Shown here piece after piece: positions 57,495 through 64,000 of a stretch of DNA of 64,000 bases. This DNA is from Planctomycetota bacterium (GTDB lineage Bacteria; Planctomycetota; GCA-002687715; CAIWVZ01), in the NCBI GenBank assembly GCA_044222185.1, contig JBGANV010000001.1, positions 1,632,001-1,696,000 of the forward strand, in the 5' to 3' direction. Made by a program: the position numbers and the translations under genes. A model generated the notes under the pieces. That model saw only the letters and a list, made by a program, of their open reading frames with translations. It was not told the origin of the DNA and searched no databases. Each line of letters starts with the position of its first letter. Position 1 is the stretch's first letter.

Positions 57495-59903
57495 TCAGCG
57501 CGGGCCGTCGATGACGGCCTCACGCAAGCCCTTCGGTGACGCCGAAAGACCGACTGCCAGCCGGGTCTGAGCACCGGCCGTGGACTCGAACCGGAGCCAT
57601 CGCGCGGGATGTCCTGCGACGGTGACGATGAGCGTGTGCTCGCCTTCCGCGACGTTGCGGATTCGTGCCGCGCCGTTCGTGATCGCGAAAGGCTCGCCAT
57701 CGAGAATCGCGAGTCCCCGACCGCACGCCCGTCCCTCGCCGTCGGTGACATCCACACGGATCTCGCCATCGGGGAGGCACGCGTGATCGGGCGGCGTCGA
57801 CGAGGTCCACAGGACGAGAGGCAAGCCCTCGCCATCCCGGATCGCCATCGGAGTCCCGGGCGGAACCCGTGTCGGCGCGATGCTCGCCACGCCCTCGGCG
57901 TCGGTACGCCGACTGACGACACCGCGCTCGGTTCCGAACTCGACGGAGGCGTCCGCGACCGGTGCGCCCCTCGAGTCGACGACGACGATCGCCCGCATGG
58001 GCGCCTCGCGGTGCGCCGGAACGGCAGGCCAACGCGCTGCGACGTCCAGGCATTCGCCAGGCCGCCGGAGGCCGCGCACGGCGTGGGTCACACGCTCGCT
58101 TCCGCAGCCGAGCGCGATCAGCGGCTCGCCGTCGAGAGGCAACGGGATCGGACGTTCGTGCAGGACGTCCTCCGTCACGTCGCGCTCCCGCGCGCCGACG
58201 ACGAGACTGGCCCAGGCACCGTCCGGCGCGTCGTTCCCGCATCGCACCGTCACGCGAGGCCGCTCGAAGAGCTCCAGGGATACCATCCTCGGTCGAAGCC
58301 CTGGCTCCACGGAGAGTGCGTCAGGCGCGATCGCGAACGGCGTCTCCGCGACGTCGTCGTTTCGGATCTCGTAGGTTCCGACCGGCAGCCACGCGACCGC
58401 CGTGGCGTCGTCCTCCACCTGCGTTCGGACGACCGCGCCGTCCGGACACGCGATGAGAACGGTGAGCCCCCGGGTCAGCGGTGCGCCGGCGGACTTCGAG
58501 CGGAACTCGACCCGGGCCGAAGCGCCGTCGTTGGTCCCAGGTGAGCGCTCGCCCGCCTCCGCGGCCGGACGCCGCAGAACGACCTGGATGATCCCATCGT
58601 CGCCCATCGCGCCAGCGAAGCGCGTGACGCCGGGTGCGAACCCGGCGCCGCGGACGATCGCGGAGTCGGCCTCCGCATCCACGCCGGAGAGCCCGGCCAG
58701 CCCGTCGGAATTCGTCACGGCGGTCACGGATGTGAGGACCTCCATGGCGCCCGTGACGGCGTCGACTCGAACGTCCTGGACCGGACGTCCCAACGTGTCG
58801 GTGACGCGCAGGTGCACGAGTCCGGCCCGACGCATCCGGACCGGGAACGGAGCGATGGACCCCGAGCTGACCACGGTGGCGTACCCCGAAGCCTGGGCCA
58901 TGCATGCGAGGGGGCCGGCCGGGACATCCGCGATCGACATCCGCAGCCACCCGTCGGCGCCCGAAACGGCCGTGCGCAGGACGTGTGGCGCATGCGCCCG
59001 CTCCGCCGGCTCCTCGATCACACTCAGCGCGGCGCCCGGAATCGCCACGCCGGTGACCGCGTCGACGACACGCGTGACGAGCGAGCGATGGCGACCGAGC
59101 TCATCCATGGGCCCGCTGCACGGGAACACGTCGTCGACGTCGCGCGCCTCGAGCACGCGCACCTCCGCCGCCCCGATGGGCTGGACGGAGATTGGAGGCT
59201 CGTCCTGCGTCGGCGTGGATCTCACGGGCTCGCCGGGTGAAACGACGCCTCGGCCGCTGGGCGAAGGTGTCCGATCCGTGCGTGCCGCGAGAATGGCACC
59301 ACCAATCCCGAGGATGGCGAAGGTCATCAGCGCGACCCGAACGAGCCCCACTGCCGCCACACCGACGGGCAGCGGCCTCAGGAGCAGGAACGCCCCGCGA
59401 CGCCGTCCCGGACCGAGCGTCGCGTCGAGTCGCGACCGCATGAGCGCCAATCCCCGCTTCAGGCGTGTGCGAACGGTTTCCGTGGGGATCCCCAGCGCCG
59501 CGGCGATTCGCCGCGGCGGAAGGTCGCGCTCGAACCGCAACAGGAGGACGTCTCGGTAGTGCGGGTCGAGTTGGAGCAGGGCCTCCACGACCTGACGGCG
59601 CACGGACTCACGCTCGGCGAGGTCCAGTGCCGATGGCACGCACTCGGGCCGTGCCGCGCTGCGCTCGACCTCCGCGCCGCGGCGGTGCCGGGCCGCCGCT
59701 CGCAGTGCAAAACGACCGGCCACGCGGGCAAGCCAGGCCTTCGCCGTCGCCGCGCGCAACGAGCCCTGGCGGATCAGGGCCAGCCAGGTGTCCTGCACGG
59801 CGTCGTCGCCGTCGCGATCCACCGCCATCCGCGCGGCGATGCGGCGCAGGAGTGCGTCGTGCGCGAGAAGCCCGTGGAGGTCGAGAAGCGGTTCGGTGGA
59901 CAT
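57495..59903 (-). CDS. ECF sigma factor with TM helix and long extracytoplasmic carboxypeptidase-regulatory-like extension
   Basis: DDAVQDTWL, AWLARVA, IAAALGIPTETVRTRLKRG; TM segment; VVDAVTGVAIPGA and VTDTLGRPV repeats. Confidence 0.88.
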   Translation of the reverse strand: MSTEPLLDLHGLLAHDALLRRIAARMAVDRDGDDAVQDTWLALIRQGSLRAATAKAWLARVAGRFALRAAARHRRGAEVERSAARPECVPSALDLAERESVRRQVVEALLQLDPHYRDVLLLRFERDLPPRRIAAALGIPTETVRTRLKRGLALMRSRLDATLGPGRRRGAFLLLRPLPVGVAAVGLVRVALMTFAILGIGGAILAARTDRTPSPSGRGVVSPGEPVRSTPTQDEPPISVQPIGAAEVRVLEARDVDDVFPCSGPMDELGRHRSLVTRVVDAVTGVAIPGAALSVIEEPAERAHAPHVLRTAVSGADGWLRMSIADVPAGPLACMAQASGYATVVSSGSIAPFPVRMRRAGLVHLRVTDTLGRPVQDVRVDAVTGAMEVLTSVTAVTNSDGLAGLSGVDAEADSAIVRGAGFAPGVTRFAGAMGDDGIIQVVLRRPAAEAGERSPGTNDGASARVEFRSKSAGAPLTRGLTVLIACPDGAVVRTQVEDDATAVAWLPVGTYEIRNDDVAETPFAIAPDALSVEPGLRPRMVSLELFERPRVTVRCGNDAPDGAWASLVVGARERDVTEDVLHERPIPLPLDGEPLIALGCGSERVTHAVRGLRRPGECLDVAARWPAVPAHREAPMRAIVVVDSRGAPVADASVEFGTERGVVSRRTDAEGVASIAPTRVPPGTPMAIRDGEGLPLVLWTSSTPPDHACLPDGEIRVDVTDGEGRACGRGLAILDGEPFAITNGAARIRNVAEGEHTLIVTVAGHPARWLRFESTAGAQTRLAVGLSASPKGLREAVIDGPR

Positions 59904-59933
59904 GAGGCGGAGAGCCCTGGCTCCCGCCTCGAA

Positions 59934-59959
59934 TAGACTTGGCGTCGCGGATCCGGTTC
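59934..59959 (-). promoter_or_regulatory. putative ECF-type autoregulatory promoter
   Basis: GAACC (59959-59955), 16 nt spacer, GTCTA (59938-59934), 30 nt upstream of the sigma ATG. Confidence 0.5.
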
Positions 59960-59992
59960 AACGAAATCCGGACCCCTTCGCGTCTTTGGGAT

Positions 59993-60139
59993 TCAGGCCG
60001 ACGCGGCCGTGCTCCCGATCACGCAGATCGCCGCGACGACGAACAGGATGACGAACGCGGAGAGGATCGTCTCCGTCCGGTTCGGGCTGGTGGCAAAACG
60101 TGAGGCTGCGGCGCGAGGAAGGGATGACGGGCGGTTCAT
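59993..60139 (-). CDS. possible 48-aa membrane peptide
   Basis: MNRPSS...TILSAFVILFVVAAICVIGSTAASA, one strong hydrophobic helix; weak RBS. Confidence 0.35.
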   Translation of the reverse strand: MNRPSSLPRAAASRFATSPNRTETILSAFVILFVVAAICVIGSTAASA

Positions 60140-60439
60140 GGATCGGCTCGGTGGGAGTTCGTGGGCTGCGCCCGCGCTCGGCCGGCTTCGGTCGAGCTGC
60201 AGAGCGTGGAAATGCGTTCCGATTGAGATCGGACGTATCGCCGCGAATCCGTAGGCGAGCCGGAAAGAGATGCGCGAAACCCTGCGTGGGCGCCGAGGAT
60301 TTGGTCCTGGCCCTTCCCTCTCCCGGAAATTGCGCAAACGTGTGGCCGTTTCGGATTCGGGCCGGCGGCTCCGACTTGGAGCGTCGCCCTCACGCGAGCA
60401 AGAGACGACCGACCCGATCCGCACGGAGGAAAAAGCAGC

Positions 60440-61477
60440 ATGAAGCGCGCACTCTCATTGATCGCACTCGTCCTATTCACGCCCGTTCTTGCGCAGGACA
60501 CGCGTCCCGCGGAGACCCGCAAGACGACGCAAGCGATGAGCGACGACGGCACGCTGATCATCCAGTACGGCAGCCCCGCGTGGAAGGACGCCTACACGGC
60601 CATGATCAAGCCGGGAGCCACGTGGCGTCTGGGGAACAACGACCCGACGTCGATCACGCTCGACTGCGGGATCATGACGGCGTCCGGGCCCGTCGTCCCC
60701 GGCTCGTACAAACTCGCCCTCGAATGCACCGACACGGACCAGATGAACCTGCTCGTCTACGAAGGCAATGGGCAGTTCCAGAAAGGTGTCCCCGCTCAGG
60801 CGATCAAGGCGACGGCGGTCAAACACGACCTGAACCCGGTCGCGCCCGCACTCGCGCTGAACGCCGACGGCAAGGCGAAGGCGCTCGTCGTCAACTTCGG
60901 GAACCACTCGGTGACGTTCCCCCTCCAGACGATCAAGCCGAACAAGGCGATCACGACCGAGTTCGCCATGATCGAGTGCACGATCGCGACGCTTGCGCTT
61001 CCGGTCACGGATGCGCCCATGAAGGACGTGCCGGTCGGCCGCGTGACGATCGTCCGCGACGGCCTCACGACGTCGTGGGTCATGAAGCTGACGACGGAAG
61101 GCGACAAGGGAACGCTGACCTTCGTCAACGGGCGCATGGAAGGGATCAAGAACGAGAAGGCCCAGGCCGAACAGCTCATCACGCGCATCAAGGGCATGCT
61201 CGAGAAGAGCCCGGACATGAAGGAACGGTTGACGTCCGTTCTCACCAAGACGGAGGAGAAGAAGAAGGAGCTGGATGAGGAGGCCGCGCAGGTCGGTCGC
61301 CTCCAGCCGTCGAAGAGCTTCGACGCAACCGCCACGGCCCGGAAGGCGCCGGCCGCGACCCTCGATTTCTCCATGGAACGCCCCGCCGGATCCGTCACGT
61401 TCAAGTTCGGCGTGGCTGGCAAGGACTACGCGTTCAGCGTCGTTCCGCGCCAGTTCATGAAGCCGCGGGAAGAGTGA
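60440..61477 (+). CDS. exported DUF2911 domain protein with coiled-coil insert
   Basis: GGAGG RBS, signal peptide VLA-Q; IQYGSP...GATWRLGNNDPTSI...PGSYKL. Confidence 0.78.
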   Translation: MKRALSLIALVLFTPVLAQDTRPAETRKTTQAMSDDGTLIIQYGSPAWKDAYTAMIKPGATWRLGNNDPTSITLDCGIMTASGPVVPGSYKLALECTDTDQMNLLVYEGNGQFQKGVPAQAIKATAVKHDLNPVAPALALNADGKAKALVVNFGNHSVTFPLQTIKPNKAITTEFAMIECTIATLALPVTDAPMKDVPVGRVTIVRDGLTTSWVMKLTTEGDKGTLTFVNGRMEGIKNEKAQAEQLITRIKGMLEKSPDMKERLTSVLTKTEEKKKELDEEAAQVGRLQPSKSFDATATARKAPAATLDFSMERPAGSVTFKFGVAGKDYAFSVVPRQFMKPREE

Positions 61478-61548
61478 GGAGCGCGCTCGGAGGGCGTCCC
61501 CCCTTTGACTTCCCGGGCGGGACGCACTAGCATCTGGGCGCCGTTTCG

Positions 61549-62037
61549 ATGCAGCCCAGCCGCAAAGCTCCCGTCGCACTGATCATCGTCCTCGCTGTGT
61601 TCACCGTCTGGTGGTCGCAGCGAGACGCCGCGAACGCCACGCAGCCGTCCGCGGCCCCGCCGACGAGCCCGCACGTCGCACCGGCTCCCCCGACGACTCC
61701 GTCGACGACGGAGGACCAGGTCGGGATCGCGTTCCGCAAGAAGCAGTCCGACGTCCCCGTCGAGACCTCCGGCCTGGTCGAGCGCACGCTCGCCGACGAC
61801 AGCGAGGGCGACCGCCATCAGCGGTTCATCGTCCGCCTCGCCAGCGGGCAGACCGTCCTGGTCGCGCACAACATCGACCTCGCCAAGCGAGTCCCCGTCC
61901 GCAATGGTTCACCCGTCACGCTTCGCGGCGAGTACGTGTGGAACGAGAGCGGGGGCGTGATTCACTGGACGCACCGCGACCCGCAGGCGCGGCATGCGGA
62001 CGGCTGGATCGACTTCAACGGCATCCGCTACCAGTAG
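61549..62037 (+). CDS. DUF3465 domain protein
   Basis: LADDSEGDRHQRFI, VAHNIDLA, GEYVWN..GGVIHWTHRDP...GWI. Confidence 0.9.
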   Translation: MQPSRKAPVALIIVLAVFTVWWSQRDAANATQPSAAPPTSPHVAPAPPTTPSTTEDQVGIAFRKKQSDVPVETSGLVERTLADDSEGDRHQRFIVRLASGQTVLVAHNIDLAKRVPVRNGSPVTLRGEYVWNESGGVIHWTHRDPQARHADGWIDFNGIRYQ

Positions 62038-62063
62038 TCGCCCGCCGTCCGGGAACTCGCACC

Positions 62064-64000
62064 ATGCAAGACTTCGAGAAGCTCGGCTCGTTCTATCTGG
62101 GCAAACGCCGTGACCTCGCGACGGATTCGACGACCGAAGACCTGATCCTCTACGACTCGCGTGACCTCGTGACCCACGCCGTGTGCGTCGGCATGACCGG
62201 CAGCGGCAAGACCGGCCTGTGCGTCACGCTGATCGAGGAGGCAGCGATCGACGGAATCCCGTCCATCGTCATCGATCCCAAGGGAGACCTGACGAACCTC
62301 GCACTCCAGTTTCCTGGGCTCGAGCCCAAGGACTTCCTCCCGTGGATCAACGAGGACGACGCACGCCGCAAGGGAATGACGCCGGATCAATTCGCCGAGG
62401 CGCAAGCGGATCTCTGGCAGAAGGGCCTCGCGCGGTGGGAACAGGACGGCGCCCGGATCGAGCGGCTCGTCGCATCCGCGGACGTGGCGATCTACACGCC
62501 CGGAAGCACCGCAGGCATCGGCGTCTCGATCCTGAAGTCGCTCTCCGCGCCCTCGGAGGCCGAGCAGGAGGACACGGAGCTCCTCCGTGAACGCATCGCG
62601 ACGACTGCGAGCAGCATCCTCGCACTCATCGGCGTGGACGCCGACCCCGTCCGCAGCCGAGAGCACATGCTCCTCTCCGCGTTGATCGGCAAGTGCTGGG
62701 CCGACGGCCGCGACCTGGACCTCGCCGCGCTCATCCAGCAGATCCAGGCACCGCCCATCACGCGCATCGGCGTCCTCGAACTCGAGAGCTTCTACCCCGC
62801 CAAGGAGCGCTTCGAACTCGCCATGCGCATGAACGGGCTGCTCGCCGCGCCGGGATTCGCCAGTTGGATGGAAGGTGAGGCTCTCGACATCCAGTCGGTC
62901 CTCTACACGAAGTCCGGCAAACCTCGCGTCGCGATCTTCTCGATCGCCCACCTCGGCGACGCCGAGCGCATGTTCTTCGTTTCGCTGCTGTTCAACCAGA
63001 TCCTCGGATGGGTCCGGCGACAGCCGGGCACTACGAGCCTCCGTGCCCTCGTCTACATGGACGAGATCGCCGGATACTTCCCGCCGGTTGCAAACCCGCC
63101 GTCGAAAGCCCCGATGCTCACGCTGATGAAACAGGCGCGGGCGTTCGGCGTCGGCATGGTCCTCGCGACGCAGAACCCGGTGGACTTGGATTACAAGGGC
63201 CTCGCCAACGCAGGGACGTGGTTCATCGGTCGACTCCAGACCGAGCGGGACAAGGCACGCGTGCTCGACGGCCTCGAAGGGGCTTCGGCGCAAGCCGGGG
63301 GTGGCTTCGATCGCGCGGGGTTTGACGCCACGCTCTCGAGACTCGGGAGTCGCGTGTTCCTCATGAACGACGTTCACGAGGACGCGCCGGTGGTGTTCGA
63401 AACGCGTTGGGCCCTCTCCTACCTGCGCGGTCCCCTCACGCGAAACCAGATCCGCAAGCTCGCGGAGGCGCGCGTGGCCAGCGCGCGGGATCCCATCGGC
63501 GTCGCAGCACCCGCGACGCCCGTCGCGCCGACGCCGGCAACAGGAAGCCGTTCCGCGTCCCCCGCCGCGCGGCCCGTCCTTCCCCCGGAAGTGCCGCAGT
63601 ACTTCGTGCCCTACCGCGGGACGCGTCAGCCCGGTGTCGAGCTCCTCTATCGACCCGCCCTCATCGGATTCGCAAAGGTCGTTTTCGCCGACGCGAAGCT
63701 CGGCGTCGACCAGGAGCAGGTCGTGGCCCGAATGGCCACGTTGGGTTCGGGCCCGGTGCCGGTCGATTGGGACGCGTCAACGACGATCGAGATTGCCGAA
63801 GGAGATCTGGAAGGCGAGCCCCCCGAGGGCTCGGGCTTCGCGGCCCTCCCGCCGGACGCGGGCAAGCCCAAGTCCTACGACGCCTGGAAGAAGGCGTTCG
63901 CGGATGCAGTGTTCCGCGCCAGCGAGCTGACGCTCTGGCGCCAGGCAGCGCTGAAGGTCAGCTCCACGCCCGGCGAGTCGGAACGCGACTTCAAGGCGCG
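62064..64000 (+). CDS. HerA/FtsK-like (DUF87/DUF853) ATP-binding protein, runs off window end
   Basis: Not in the ORF track because it has no stop in the window; MQDFEKLGSFYLG, Walker A GMTGSGKT, Walker B LVYMDE, ATQNPVDLDYKGL. Confidence 0.9.
   Translation, partial: MQDFEKLGSFYLGKRRDLATDSTTEDLILYDSRDLVTHAVCVGMTGSGKTGLCVTLIEEAAIDGIPSIVIDPKGDLTNLALQFPGLEPKDFLPWINEDDARRKGMTPDQFAEAQADLWQKGLARWEQDGARIERLVASADVAIYTPGSTAGIGVSILKSLSAPSEAEQEDTELLRERIATTASSILALIGVDADPVRSREHMLLSALIGKCWADGRDLDLAALIQQIQAPPITRIGVLELESFYPAKERFELAMRMNGLLAAPGFASWMEGEALDIQSVLYTKSGKPRVAIFSIAHLGDAERMFFVSLLFNQILGWVRRQPGTTSLRALVYMDEIAGYFPPVANPPSKAPMLTLMKQARAFGVGMVLATQNPVDLDYKGLANAGTWFIGRLQTERDKARVLDGLEGASAQAGGGFDRAGFDATLSRLGSRVFLMNDVHEDAPVVFETRWALSYLRGPLTRNQIRKLAEARVASARDPIGVAAPATPVAPTPATGSRSASPAARPVLPPEVPQYFVPYRGTRQPGVELLYRPALIGFAKVVFADAKLGVDQEQVVARMATLGSGPVPVDWDASTTIEIAEGDLEGEPPEGSGFAALPPDAGKPKSYDAWKKAFADAVFRASELTLWRQAALKVSSTPGESERDFKA

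Overview
This is a high-GC, gene-dense chromosomal window, most likely from a Planctomycetota bacterium; that assignment is inferred from an ECF sigma factor with a long C-terminal extension, many carboxypeptidase-regulatory-like exported proteins, and tRNAs lacking an encoded CCA. It contains the 3' part of selA followed by tRNA-Sec(UCA), rsgA, ribBA, an ECF sigma/anti-sigma pair ahead of pilM(N)/pilO-like genes, PrkA, tRNA-Glu, a reductive pyrimidine catabolism operon (ureidopropionase, hydA, preT, preA), an Fpg/Nei glycosylase and many uncharacterised exported proteins. I saw no mobile element or CRISPR array. Five highlights are not visible in the ORF track. (1) Two ORFs at 49856-50908 join through an in-frame TGA into one exported TlpA-like selenoprotein (W-U-P-P-C) with a candidate SECIS. 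(2) The large WD40 gene downstream appears to start at a CTG overlapping the selenoprotein stop, which gives it a signal peptide and may couple it to Sec read-through. (3) An S9 peptidase homologue has lost its catalytic Ser and His. (4) Five exported proteins share a ~110-130 aa beta-rich domain. (5) Nearly all predicted mature exported proteins start with Gln, and many carry a [DEAT]-[ST]-R-P motif. All domain assignments are by eye, without database searches.
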